Below are positions 19,277 through 29,212 of a DNA stretch of 64,000 bases, piece by piece. The stretch is from assembly GCA_965218435.1 (NCBI GenBank), contig CBDCKW010000009.1:1792001-1856000 (forward strand). The letters run 5' to 3'. Source of the DNA: Truepera sp. GTDB lineage: Bacteria; Deinococcota; Deinococci; Deinococcales; Trueperaceae. Below the pieces are notes generated by a model. The model was not told where the DNA came from and ran no database searches. It saw nothing but the letters and a program-made list of their open reading frames with translations. The translations under genes and the position numbers were made by a program. Every line of letters starts with the position of its first letter. Position 1 is the stretch's first letter.

Positions 19277-20115
19277 TAGGGCCGCCCGAACACTCTAGGT
19301 TCGTCCAAACGCTGCACGTAGGCGACAGAAAACGGCTTATAGACGATCTTTTGCGCTTGCGCGACGAGAAACGCGTCGGCGCTCACCGTTTCGTCGGCGA
19401 TCATGACGAGCTGCTCAACACTGCCTTTACGCCCTAAAAACCGCGCCGCGCCGAGCACCTCGAGGTCGGTACTCACCAGCCGCTCGGCCACGCGGCGGCC
19501 TTCGTCACGGAGGAGCTGAGGCGCGAGCTGGTGTTGCGACACAACGTGACGCTCGCCCACGACGCGCCGCACTACTGCGTCGGTGAGGAGCCACGGCTGC
19601 CCGATGACGCCGACTGTGCCGCCCTCGGACGGACGGACCCGCCAGCGGGGTTCGGGCAGGCGGGGCGCTCGCGCCGCGTTGCGGAAACGCTCCCAAACAC
19701 GCCGCACCAGCGCCGGGTCGTGCGTGAGGTTTAAGAGCGTACTGACGACTAAAGACTCGAGCCCGTCCCCGGTAAGCGACGTGGGTACCCCGAGAACCGG
19801 CGGCAACCCGCCCAGTGTGGCAACCAGTGCGCCCGGAAAGTCGGCGATAAAGGCGTCTTGCCCACCGCCACGCGTGGCACTCTCGCCGGGGTTGAGTTCC
19901 GGGGCAAGGATGACGTCGGCGTCTAACGCGAGTGCCTGCGCCGCCGCGAGCCGAAAGGCGGTCCCGGGCACCGCCTCCAAACGTGGGTCGGTCAGCGCAC
20001 GCCGCACCGCGTCGTCTTGCGCGTAGACAGGCTCTAACCCCGCGCCCGCCAAAAGTTTGGTCCAAAAATCCCCGTAACGGGGCCACAACAGCTGAGTGAT
20101 TAAACCGACTCTCAT
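19276..20115 (-). CDS. Hypothetical protein, N-terminus resembles DUF2229 (acyl-CoA dehydratase activase-related)
   Basis: MRVGLITQLLWPRYGDFWTKLLAGAGLEPV resembles the IGIP..L..Y..FW..FF..LG.EV start of that family. Confidence 0.6.
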   Translation of the reverse strand: MRVGLITQLLWPRYGDFWTKLLAGAGLEPVYAQDDAVRRALTDPRLEAVPGTAFRLAAAQALALDADVILAPELNPGESATRGGGQDAFIADFPGALVATLGGLPPVLGVPTSLTGDGLESLVVSTLLNLTHDPALVRRVWERFRNAARAPRLPEPRWRVRPSEGGTVGVIGQPWLLTDAVVRRVVGERHVVSQHQLAPQLLRDEGRRVAERLVSTDLEVLGAARFLGRKGSVEQLVMIADETVSADAFLVAQAQKIVYKPFSVAYVQRLDEPRVFGRP

Positions 20116-20556
20116 AAGCAGGCCAGTCTAGCACGGAGGGTGTCGGGAGGCTCGAGGCGTTCAACTGTCCTCGGCTGATTTTTGACGCCACCCGAGAATC
20201 GGCAGTTCGTGCGGAAGGGCTGACGTACGGCGTTCGTATGAGCAAATACGCAAATGCGTTCATCTAACCTTGCTTGTAAATGGCAACTACCCACCAGCAG
20301 CTCTTCGTAACGGGTCTTTGCAGCAAGCAGCGGGTAAAAATCTTCACAGCTGCCCGCTTGAACGCGCGGTAGCGTGAGCTCAACTAAGGTCAGTACCTTA
20401 GCGGCGCTGAAACCGACTCTGTACTTGGGCGCTTGGAGTCGGCCGAGCCAGTAGCGCAACCGGCTGAGGATGACAGCTTAGTTTGTCCTCCTGCACTTTT
20501 TCTAGTGGCTGTCTTGACCCCGGAGCCAGCCCTAACGACCTCTCGGAGGATCAGTT

Positions 20557-22506
20557 ATGCCAAAACACGCTGCGCTGCGGCGTACTCCCTTAGTCTCGAG
20601 TATGTTCGGTCTTTTGCTGGCGCTTTTGGCGGGCTGTAGCAGCGCCCCAACGAGCGCCTTACCCCCTGAACTCATGAGTTTAGCCGCGCCTGCTGTGGAA
20701 AATGAGCAGGGCTTACTCGTAGTTGACGCCACCGCCTTTCAAGCCAACCAACCTAGGGGCGGCCACAGTTGGCAGTTGCAAAAAGACGCGGAAGCCACCG
20801 GCGGCACCGCCATGGCCGCGCTTCGTGGCCTTCACGTCACCCTCGACCGCCAGGTTGAACGGACCAGCCCCCGCCTCGACTACCGTGTTCAGTTTGTCAA
20901 AGCGGGGACACATTATGTTTGGGTTCACGGCCAAGCGGCGGCGCAGCAGAGCCTTAACGGTGATTCACTCCACGTCGGCCTAAACGGTAGGGTAGCGAGC
21001 AGTGCCAAGCGTATTACCGGCTTTGGGCAAGACTACGCCTGGGTCAACCAGACGATGGCTAGGCGCGTGGCGACCATCAGGATACCGAAACCGGGCGTCT
21101 ACACCTTAAACGTCTGGATGCGCGAAGACGGTACGCAGTTTGACGCGCTCGCCCTTGCAACCGACGCACGCTTCGTTCCGTCGGACGCGCTGGCGGCTAA
21201 GCCGGTAGCCGCGCCAGAGGTTTCCGAAGCGCCTGCTGCACCCATATTAAGTTCGCCTACCAGCAGCGTTACGCCTACTCGAGTAGCATTTTCAGCTCAG
21301 GCACTGCGCAACTCTGTTGGCGTCAACATTCATAGCACCTATGATGACACGGCCTATTATGACGTCAGCCGAATCATCAGCTATCTTAAAATGCTGGGAC
21401 CTACGTGGGTCAGAGAGGGCGTGCATCAGCACCCACGCGCTTGGCATCCCGGATTTTTACGCGACCTAAAAAATGCCGGCTTTAAGGTCAGCGTCGGCGT
21501 CGGTGATCCGGCAGGTACCTACGGTAACTTCGGGATAGGCGACAGCGGCAACTTAGTCGAGTCACTTAAGACAACCTACGCCGGAATGTACGACCAGTTC
21601 GAGCTACCCAACGAGTGGGATTTGTTTTCGCCGACCAGCAACTGGGTAGACGAGCTGAGCAGTTTTTATAACGAATACTACGGTGCGCTTAAAAACGATC
21701 CGTACTTTAGGGGTGTGCGCGTCGTCGGTCCCTCATTCGGTACTCCCAACGGACCCAAGGCGTTCTCCAAAAGTGCTGACGCTGCGAATATTCACCCTTA
21801 TACCGGGGGCACGATGCCGGAAACGGACGATATCGCGCGGGCGATCGCCGAAGCGAAGAGACGAGCAGGGTCGGGTCAAGTTGTGGCAACCGAACTCGGT
21901 TATCACAACGCGGTCAATACGTCGTCCGGATTTCGCGGCGTACCTGAAGACGTTGCAGCGCATTACCTCGTCCGCACGCTGCTCTGGAACTTTTCGCAGG
22001 GCGTTGATCAAAACTATGTGTATCAGCTGTTTGACCAAAAGCCGAACGACCCGCAGCGTACTGAAATGGAGGAGTGGTTCGGCCTGGTCGCGGTCGAGGG
22101 CAACCCGGGCGCGTCCCCGACGACCTGGACACTCCGCAAAAAGCCCGCCTTTGACGCGGTTGCCCGGTTCCAGAACTACTTACGCGACTCAGGCAACGCT
22201 TCTATGCCGGATACCCTACCTTTTGAAGTTGCGGGCCTGCCGCAAAACGCGGTGATGCTTCCGGTGACCCGTAAAGACGGGAGTTACGACGTTGCGCTGT
22301 GGCTCGAGAACTCGCTTTATGAACGTAACAGCCGCACGCTCGTCCCGGACACCACCAAAACCGTCACACTCCGGTTTAACTCGGCGGTCAGCGTAAGCGG
22401 CTACCGGCCTTCGGTAAGTGGAGCCGTCACCCAAGTCAGCAACCATACGGCCGAGGTGAACGTACCGGTAGACGGCAAAGTCACATTTTTTAGAGTTACG
22501 CCGTAG
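20557..22506 (+). CDS. Lipoprotein glycoside hydrolase: N-terminal beta-sandwich, P/S/A linker, clan GH-A-like catalytic domain
   Basis: LLAGC lipobox, GVNIH, FELPNEWD (acid/base), NIHPY, ATELGY (nucleophile), EEWFGL. Confidence 0.75.
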   Translation: MPKHAALRRTPLVSSMFGLLLALLAGCSSAPTSALPPELMSLAAPAVENEQGLLVVDATAFQANQPRGGHSWQLQKDAEATGGTAMAALRGLHVTLDRQVERTSPRLDYRVQFVKAGTHYVWVHGQAAAQQSLNGDSLHVGLNGRVASSAKRITGFGQDYAWVNQTMARRVATIRIPKPGVYTLNVWMREDGTQFDALALATDARFVPSDALAAKPVAAPEVSEAPAAPILSSPTSSVTPTRVAFSAQALRNSVGVNIHSTYDDTAYYDVSRIISYLKMLGPTWVREGVHQHPRAWHPGFLRDLKNAGFKVSVGVGDPAGTYGNFGIGDSGNLVESLKTTYAGMYDQFELPNEWDLFSPTSNWVDELSSFYNEYYGALKNDPYFRGVRVVGPSFGTPNGPKAFSKSADAANIHPYTGGTMPETDDIARAIAEAKRRAGSGQVVATELGYHNAVNTSSGFRGVPEDVAAHYLVRTLLWNFSQGVDQNYVYQLFDQKPNDPQRTEMEEWFGLVAVEGNPGASPTTWTLRKKPAFDAVARFQNYLRDSGNASMPDTLPFEVAGLPQNAVMLPVTRKDGSYDVALWLENSLYERNSRTLVPDTTKTVTLRFNSAVSVSGYRPSVSGAVTQVSNHTAEVNVPVDGKVTFFRVTP

Positions 22507-22907
22507 CGAAAACTTGCAGCGGTGCGGCGCAGGCTTTTTCTCGCAACTTTAGACGCTTCTCTGCCCTTTAGTCTTATACCGGCTACCGCCAAAAGGACTA
22601 GCCTGGTCGTACTGGTATAAAGGCTTTAGACTAGGTATAGTTCCTAAGCGTTGACTACATTTGTGTTGGGTCATTCGTGTCTTTTCAGGCAATTGTTGGT
22701 AAACCGCTCGAAAGCCGTCTTAACCCGTAGCCGAGCACAAGTTTTGTAAACCTCGTTCTGGTCAGCTGTACAGCACTAGCTAGACGAGCTAGATGTAAAG
22801 AGTCGTCAGTACAAAAGCAGTAGGAGTAAATGCGGACAATTATACTGGGACGGGACACGAGATGTGGCACGATACGACTATATGGGCAAGACTGTGCAGG
22901 TAAAACC

Positions 22908-24200
22908 ATGCGGCTAGACTGGCCTTTAGAACAGATCGTCGCCTTTTTTCTGGCCTTCACTTTGGTGGGCACAGCTCAGGCGAGTACCCCGGCATCAGCG
23001 GCGCAGTTTTTTGGCGCACTTGGGACGCGGCCTGAACTCGCCGCAGCGCACGCTGCCGTCGAAGCGGCTGAAGCAGGGCTGGCGCAAGCCCATAACCCGG
23101 TTGCCCTCGACCTAAACGTCGCTTCAAATACGCGAGCGGGGCTCGGGCCGGTCGATACCAGAGTCGGCGTCGGCGTAACAGCGTATCCGTTTCGCTACGG
23201 TCAACCCGGCGACGTGCTGCGGCTGCGCGAACTCGACTTGGAGCGGGCACAACTCGCGCTCCGCGAAGCGCGTACGCTCCTCGAGGCGAGAGCGTTTGAA
23301 AGCGCCTTGGCCGTAAAACTCGCTCATGAATCGCTCCAGCTTGTGCGCACTTCGGCGGAAGCTAGTGCGGCCGGTTTTACGGCGGCGCAGCTCCGCTTTC
23401 GCCGGGGTTTAGCGACGCCCGCCGAACTGCGGAGCGCCGCCGCCGAACGGCAGCGAGCTCAAAACCTCGTCGCCAGTGCCGAGGCGAACGCGGCCCTGGC
23501 CGAGGCGACCCTAACAGAACTGGTCGGTCAGGTGCGGTTAAAGAAGCTGCCCAAGCTCGAGGTCACCAAAGCGGCCTTCGCTCTGGCGGTGCCGCCCTTT
23601 GTACGCCGCGCCGAACTAGACGTCACCGCCGCGCAGATTGGACAAGACGGCTCCGCCAGACCTTTTTATCCGGTGGCCGAGCTGAGTTACAGCTACGACG
23701 TATCGTCTCAAAACCGGCTGTCCGCTTCGGTCAGCTCCCAAGATTTGGCTCCACGGGTCGGGTACAGCTTCGACTATAACGGCTATGATGACGCCCCACG
23801 GTTGGCGCTCCGGGTAGCGGCGACCCTCGCGCCCGAACAGTTTGACAACGTGACGCGCCTCACCGCCTTGCGGCGCTCAGCCGCGGCGTCCTTAGCAGCG
23901 GCGCAGCAAAACGCCGCCGTGACCGAGGCGCAGCTTCGCACGCGGTCAGCCGAAGTCGGGCGCAATAAAAGGTTAGCAGAGCTCGTTTTCGAGAATGCCA
24001 TGCAGAACTTGGCTGAAGTGCGTGAGCGCGAAACATTGGGGGCCGGGACCCCGCTCGAGACCCAAGCAGCGGCGGCGGCGCTCGCTGACGCCGGGTTAGA
24101 GCTGCGTGACGCCCGTCAAACAGCGACCACCGCACAGCTCGACCTCTACAGATTTTTTGGACTACCCCTCTCGGCCACGCCGGGTTTGGAGACACCGTGA
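22908..24200 (+). CDS. TolC-family outer-membrane protein 1
   Basis: Signal peptide, Ala-rich coiled coils with repeated R..G.....EL motifs, beta-strand-like YSYD segments. Confidence 0.75.
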   Translation: MRLDWPLEQIVAFFLAFTLVGTAQASTPASAAQFFGALGTRPELAAAHAAVEAAEAGLAQAHNPVALDLNVASNTRAGLGPVDTRVGVGVTAYPFRYGQPGDVLRLRELDLERAQLALREARTLLEARAFESALAVKLAHESLQLVRTSAEASAAGFTAAQLRFRRGLATPAELRSAAAERQRAQNLVASAEANAALAEATLTELVGQVRLKKLPKLEVTKAAFALAVPPFVRRAELDVTAAQIGQDGSARPFYPVAELSYSYDVSSQNRLSASVSSQDLAPRVGYSFDYNGYDDAPRLALRVAATLAPEQFDNVTRLTALRRSAAASLAAAQQNAAVTEAQLRTRSAEVGRNKRLAELVFENAMQNLAEVRERETLGAGTPLETQAAAAALADAGLELRDARQTATTAQLDLYRFFGLPLSATPGLETP

Positions 24201-25318
24201 CGGTTATTGGCTCACCGAGATTATTTTTTGGCCGCGTCAGCCGCACGGAAACGGGGGTTAAGCTGCGTCACTTAGGCGCGGCACTAGGATTTTTGGGACT
24301 CGCCACAGTTGGTACCGGGGCGCACGCCTACAGCCTCAGCGACGCGCTAAAGAGCGCCCAAGAGCGCCCCGCCGTCACCGCCGCGCAGCTCGAGATTGAC
24401 GGTGCGCGGGCCGACCTCGAGCGTACCAACGCCGACCCTTTTGCCCTGGCGCTCGAAAAAATCCAAGCGCAGCAGCGCCTCGAGCTGACACAAGTCACCG
24501 CGAAGGGAGCCTTTTATACCGCTCTCAGCGAACTCGGGAGCGCGTACACCGCGCAGCTGCAAGCCGAACTCGAGGCTGAAGCCGCCCGCGAAAACGAGGC
24601 GCTGACGAGACGTCTCCTCGAGGTCGCCAGGATAAGGTTTGGACGCGGCAGCGTCACCGAGCTCGACGTGCGCGAGGCCGAGGCGAACTTAAGTGTCGCC
24701 CAAGCTGCGCACATCGCCGCCGAAGAGACGCTCGCGCTCAGCCGTACCAGCTTGCAGGCACTCCTCCCCGCCGGAACCGAAACGGAGCCGCTCGAGCCGA
24801 TCCCTGAAAGCGCCGTCTTGCGCCCCCTGCCGGGCGTCGCCCAAGTTTTAGAGGCCAGCCATACTCCGGCGCTCCTCGGGGTCAGCCAGAGTTTGGCATT
24901 GGCGCGACTGCAAAACAGTCTGCTCGACCCGAGTTACAGCTCGGCGCGCGAAATAGCGGCGGCCCGGACGACACTGGGGGCCGCCCAGGTCAGTTTAGAA
25001 GAAACCGTACGCACCCAAAATGCCCAGCTTCGCACCCTCTACGCCCAGACCAGCGCCGCCCAAGAGCTGTACCGTGCCCAAAAGTCGGCGGCGAGGGCCG
25101 CGCGGGAGCGGCTGAGTTTTCAGCAAAACCGGTTTTCGCGGGGTTTAATTTCCGACCTCGAGCTGCGCCAGAGCGAGTACACGGCCACCCAAGCGAGGCT
25201 CGAGCTACTCCGCGCCAAACACGCTTACGTGACCTCGGTCTTTGACCTGCAGGCCGCCGCCGCCACCGAACTCTGGCCGTTAGACGAGCCCAGCTCAGCG
25301 CCCGGCGGGGGGAGCTGA
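24197..25318 (+). CDS. TolC-family outer-membrane protein 2
   Basis: YSLSDAL start, RFGRGSVTELDV and RFSRGLISDLEL repeats. GTGA overlap with the previous gene. Confidence 0.8.
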   Translation: MTVIGSPRLFFGRVSRTETGVKLRHLGAALGFLGLATVGTGAHAYSLSDALKSAQERPAVTAAQLEIDGARADLERTNADPFALALEKIQAQQRLELTQVTAKGAFYTALSELGSAYTAQLQAELEAEAARENEALTRRLLEVARIRFGRGSVTELDVREAEANLSVAQAAHIAAEETLALSRTSLQALLPAGTETEPLEPIPESAVLRPLPGVAQVLEASHTPALLGVSQSLALARLQNSLLDPSYSSAREIAAARTTLGAAQVSLEETVRTQNAQLRTLYAQTSAAQELYRAQKSAARAARERLSFQQNRFSRGLISDLELRQSEYTATQARLELLRAKHAYVTSVFDLQAAAATELWPLDEPSSAPGGGS

Positions 25319-26487
25319 TGCGACCTTTCCGCCAGCTTGTCTGGGTTGTCGTCGTACTTGCAGGGCTGGCCTACGCCCAGCCTGCCCAGTCGGTCGAGGT
25401 CGTCAAGGCGCACCTCGGCAAACTTAGCGCGACGCGCACCACCTCGGTGGTGATCGGCCCCGAACAAGAGGTCACGGTCACGGCTGAAACTGCGGGCCAG
25501 GTGCTCGCGGTGGCCAAACGGCAAGACACCGCCGTGCAAAAAGGTGAGGTGATCGTACAGCTCGATTCGGAGAACCTGACGCGCACCGTCCAAGAGGCGC
25601 AGTTCGCCCTCTCGAGCGCCCAGGTTAATCTCAACAGTGCAAGCGCGACCACGCAGAGCCAACAGACCCAAGCCGAACTCGCGGTACGCAGCGCCGAAGC
25701 CGGATATGAAGCCGCCCATAATGACTACCTCGAGGCTCAAGACCTGTTTAAGATCGGCGCGATTTCTAAAACCGAACTCAACACCGCCGAAACCGCCTTT
25801 TTAGCCGCCGAAACTGCCCTGGGTCAAGCGAAGGCGCTCTTGGCGCAAGCCGAGGCCGGGGGCAACGTCGAGCTGCTGCAGCTCCAAGTCGAGCAGGCCC
25901 AAGCCAACCTGACCCGAGCGCAAGAGGCCCTGGCTGAAGCAAATATCACCGCGCCGGTCACCGGCGTCATCACCAGGATGCTGGTCGAACAAGGCGCGTT
26001 CGTGGGCCAAGGCACCCCCGTCTTTAGCGTTGCCTCGACCGAGCAGCAGCTCGCCACTTTTCAGGTACCCCTACCGGTAGCGGAGCAGTTGAGCCGTGAG
26101 AAGACCCTTCGTTTCTCTTTCGGCGGGACACCCCACACCGCACAGGTGCTGACCACGAGCGCACTCAATCCCAAAACGCAGCTCGTGACCGTAACCGCGC
26201 ACCTCAAGCCTTCTAAACCCCCTATTCCCAACGGCAGCCGGACTCAGCTCTCGTACCGCTACGCCGACGCTGGTGGGATTATCCTGCCGAGCGGCGCAGT
26301 GCAGCGGGGTCCCGGTCGCCGGTTTGTCTTTGTCGTAACCCAGAGTAGGGCCGTGCGGCGTGAGGTCGAAGTCCTCGGTGAAACCAAAAATCAGGTCGCC
26401 GTTTTGGGGATTAAAGCGGGGGCTCAGGTCGTCTATCCGGTACCGCCTAACTTACGCGACGGAACACGCGTGGGCGTAGCTAACTAA
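25318..26487 (+). CDS. Periplasmic adaptor (membrane fusion protein)
   Basis: Split lipoyl motifs (VTAETAGQV...VQKGEVIVQLD and ITAPVTGVI...GAFV) around a long hairpin. TGATG coupling. Confidence 0.9.
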   Translation: MRPFRQLVWVVVVLAGLAYAQPAQSVEVVKAHLGKLSATRTTSVVIGPEQEVTVTAETAGQVLAVAKRQDTAVQKGEVIVQLDSENLTRTVQEAQFALSSAQVNLNSASATTQSQQTQAELAVRSAEAGYEAAHNDYLEAQDLFKIGAISKTELNTAETAFLAAETALGQAKALLAQAEAGGNVELLQLQVEQAQANLTRAQEALAEANITAPVTGVITRMLVEQGAFVGQGTPVFSVASTEQQLATFQVPLPVAEQLSREKTLRFSFGGTPHTAQVLTTSALNPKTQLVTVTAHLKPSKPPIPNGSRTQLSYRYADAGGIILPSGAVQRGPGRRFVFVVTQSRAVRREVEVLGETKNQVAVLGIKAGAQVVYPVPPNLRDGTRVGVAN

Positions 26488-26700
26488 ATAGGTGCAAGTT
26501 AGCTACCACTGCTGTTGACATCAGCCGGTCAAGAGCTGCCCCAGAAAGGTTTTTTGCTATGCCCTTTAATCTTGCTTTACCTGGGTATCCGCCCAAGCCA
26601 GTCTTCAAGCCTTCCGGGGCCGCGAACACTCTTGGTGAGCTCGAGAGTAGTTTATGAAACAGCGTAAAACACCTTTAGTTCCTCCTGCTCAAGGGCGGTA

Positions 26701-28044
26701 ATGACCAGACTTTTTCGCGCCGCCGGGGTTTTCGTCTACGGCAAAGGCATGTTCGCCGCCTCCGTACAAACGCTGCTGATCAGCGTCGTTATCTTGTTTA
26801 TCAACCTCTTAACCGGGATTATCACAGCTCGGTTTTTAGGGGCTGCAGGGCGCGGCGAGCAGGAGGCGATAGGGGCTTGGCCGCTCTTTTTGGCGCAGGC
26901 ATTTACCTTAGGCTTACCTTCAGCACTCGTCTATAATCTCAAAAAAACTCCGGCACAAGCTGCCAAGCTGTTTGCCGCTGCGGTCGTTTCCGGGTTATTG
27001 GCCGGTTCACTCGCTATCGCTGTAGGGGTAACCTTTATTCCGCTGTGGCTCGCTCAACATCACGCTAACGTGATCGGCAGCGCAAAAATCTTGATGTTTT
27101 TCGCGCCTGCAGTGCTGCTAGATGAGATTTTTTCTTCTGCGCTCCGGGCCAAAGGAAATTACGCACTTTTTAATGTCATTCGCTTTTTACGTCCTTCGGC
27201 CACAGTAGCCGCGCTGCTTACGCTCGCCCTGCTCGGCTGGCTTACCCCGTTTAGAGCAACGCTCTGCTACCTGGTTCCAAGCTTGCCCATCTCAGCGTGG
27301 CTTTTTAGCCAAATCTGGCGGGTGTACAGGCCCAGTTGGACGAAAATCGGGCCAGCGACGAAAAAGCTCTTCTCGTATGGAGCCCGGTCTTATGGCATTG
27401 ACCTTTTAGGTACGTTGTCGTTACAACTCGATAAAGTTCTGGTGGTTGGACTTTTAAGCGCCCCCAGCATGGGGCTCTACGCCGTCTCACTAAGCCTCGC
27501 TAAGATGCTCAATATTTTTCAGGGCGCGGCGATTACCGTTTTGTTCCCCCAAGCTTCGGGGCTCTCGCCGCAAGAGGCGGTTGCTATGGCAGGACGCACC
27601 GCGCGTATCAGCACGGCGGTCACGGTCGTCTCTGCACTCGTTTTAGCTGCGCTAGGCCCGTGGGCGCTCTCTTTTCTCTACGGTCCCGAGTTTCGCGGCG
27701 GTACCAACCTGATGCGCCTTTTGATTTTAGTAACCATCTTTGAAGGAACCGGCAGCGTCTTGGCGCAAGCGTTTATGGCCACCGACCGCCCCGGTTTGAT
27801 TACCACGCTGCAAGGTTTGGGTCTACTGCTCAACCTGCCGCTTTTGCTCGTGCTGGTTCCAGCATTTGGGCTGATGGGCGCAGGAACCTCACTCCTTATC
27901 ACCTCACTGGTACGGCTGATTTTTATCATTGCTGCTTTTCCGCGCGTGCTCAAGGTGCCGCCCCCAAGGTTATGGCTCAACCTCGAGGATTTTAGTGATA
28001 TCAAACGCGTTGTCTTGTCCCTTAGCAACCGGGGCGTCGGTTAG
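26701..28044 (+). CDS. wzx: Wzx-type oligosaccharide flippase
   Basis: About 12 TM, ARFLGAAGRG, LDKVLV...MGLYAVS, LYGPEF, PAFGLMGA. Confidence 0.88.
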   Translation: MTRLFRAAGVFVYGKGMFAASVQTLLISVVILFINLLTGIITARFLGAAGRGEQEAIGAWPLFLAQAFTLGLPSALVYNLKKTPAQAAKLFAAAVVSGLLAGSLAIAVGVTFIPLWLAQHHANVIGSAKILMFFAPAVLLDEIFSSALRAKGNYALFNVIRFLRPSATVAALLTLALLGWLTPFRATLCYLVPSLPISAWLFSQIWRVYRPSWTKIGPATKKLFSYGARSYGIDLLGTLSLQLDKVLVVGLLSAPSMGLYAVSLSLAKMLNIFQGAAITVLFPQASGLSPQEAVAMAGRTARISTAVTVVSALVLAALGPWALSFLYGPEFRGGTNLMRLLILVTIFEGTGSVLAQAFMATDRPGLITTLQGLGLLLNLPLLLVLVPAFGLMGAGTSLLITSLVRLIFIIAAFPRVLKVPPPRLWLNLEDFSDIKRVVLSLSNRGVG

Positions 28045-28051
28045 ACAGCTT

Positions 28052-29191
28052 ATGCAGGAGCCTACTACGTTGTCTAATCGTTACTTCGTTTGTCTCCCCG
28101 GTCAGCCCAAAACAGTTCCCTTAGATCCATTTGCATACCGTCAAGACGCGTATCCAAAATTTATCGAGATTGACTATTTAGCCAAAGCTTTTCAGGTGTT
28201 AGAGAAGTCGGGACCCAAAAATCTGACGTTTTATATAACTTGGAACGTTCACGAGCTGCCTACTTATGGCGATGATGTCGTCGTTGTCCTGATGGGCGAT
28301 GAGTGGTGCCGTTTCCCACGCTACTTAGGCAGAGTGCGAGCCGTTTTCCGTTCTCATGCCAATTGGCCGATGTATACAGGGAACCTTGCTAACGGCGTAA
28401 CTTATAGCAACGTTATCTCCGCCGTTCAGTTTTTGAGGCTGCAGCTAATCGGCCTACCCGGACGACTGGCTTATCTGGTACATAGATACTTTCAGGGGCA
28501 CGACTATCCGACAAAAACTTACGTTATTCCTCTGGGTTATGCCAACCAGTTAGACCTGCCTATTATTCCCCTTAAAGATAGAAGCACCGACGTTTCGTTT
28601 ATGGGTAGTGTAAATAATGAACTGTCCGGCAAGCTTTCCCTCAAATATTGGCTCCGCTCGCCTAAAACCGTGGCGCGAGAACAGATGTTGCAAAATGCAC
28701 GTACGCTGCAACAAAATCCCGACTTGAACGTTTATCTTCAGGGTACGGAGCAGTTCACCGGCAATCTACTTGATAGCGGACAACCGCTAGAAGATGAAAA
28801 AAATCGCTACTCGAGCAAGCTGATGGACACTAAAATCTGTCTAGTGCCGCGCGGCTCTTCGCTTGAAACCTTTCGCCTTTTCGAAGCCGTCCGTTACGGT
28901 TGTATTGTGATTTGCGGGCAACTACCTCAACGTTGGTATTACGATAGTTTACCTGCTGCACAGATTGACAACTGGAGCAACCTCGAGAAGACCGTTGACG
29001 ACTTACTCGGTAACCCAGAAAGGCTCGAGCAGCTCCATCAAAAAGCCCTGACCTACTGGCAGACAAGCTGCTCCGAAACAGTTTTAGGACGCTATATGGC
29101 CGCGCAGCTAACGCAAGCGGACAGCAGACTTTACAGTGACAAAGAAAACAGTATTTCTTCCCAGCTCGCCAGTTACCCGAAACGGCCCTGA
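28052..29191 (+). CDS. Glycosyltransferase, exostosin/GT47-like
   Basis: DVSFMGS and KICLVPRGSSLETFRLFEAVRYGCIVI resemble the exostosin-type motif. Confidence 0.65.
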   Translation: MQEPTTLSNRYFVCLPGQPKTVPLDPFAYRQDAYPKFIEIDYLAKAFQVLEKSGPKNLTFYITWNVHELPTYGDDVVVVLMGDEWCRFPRYLGRVRAVFRSHANWPMYTGNLANGVTYSNVISAVQFLRLQLIGLPGRLAYLVHRYFQGHDYPTKTYVIPLGYANQLDLPIIPLKDRSTDVSFMGSVNNELSGKLSLKYWLRSPKTVAREQMLQNARTLQQNPDLNVYLQGTEQFTGNLLDSGQPLEDEKNRYSSKLMDTKICLVPRGSSLETFRLFEAVRYGCIVICGQLPQRWYYDSLPAAQIDNWSNLEKTVDDLLGNPERLEQLHQKALTYWQTSCSETVLGRYMAAQLTQADSRLYSDKENSISSQLASYPKRP

Positions 29192-29212
29192 GAACAGGTG
29201 TGATAAGAGAAT

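Noticed and set aside
19505..20459. ORFs 19505-20263 and 20112-20459
   Set aside because: The first is an Arg/Ala-rich alternate frame of a better gene. The second has no motif or initiation signal.
26488..26700. RND permease remnant after the adaptor, or a 15-codon leader ORF (26654-26701) coupled to wzx
   Set aside because: No permease-like peptide was seen, and the mini-ORF cannot be distinguished from chance.
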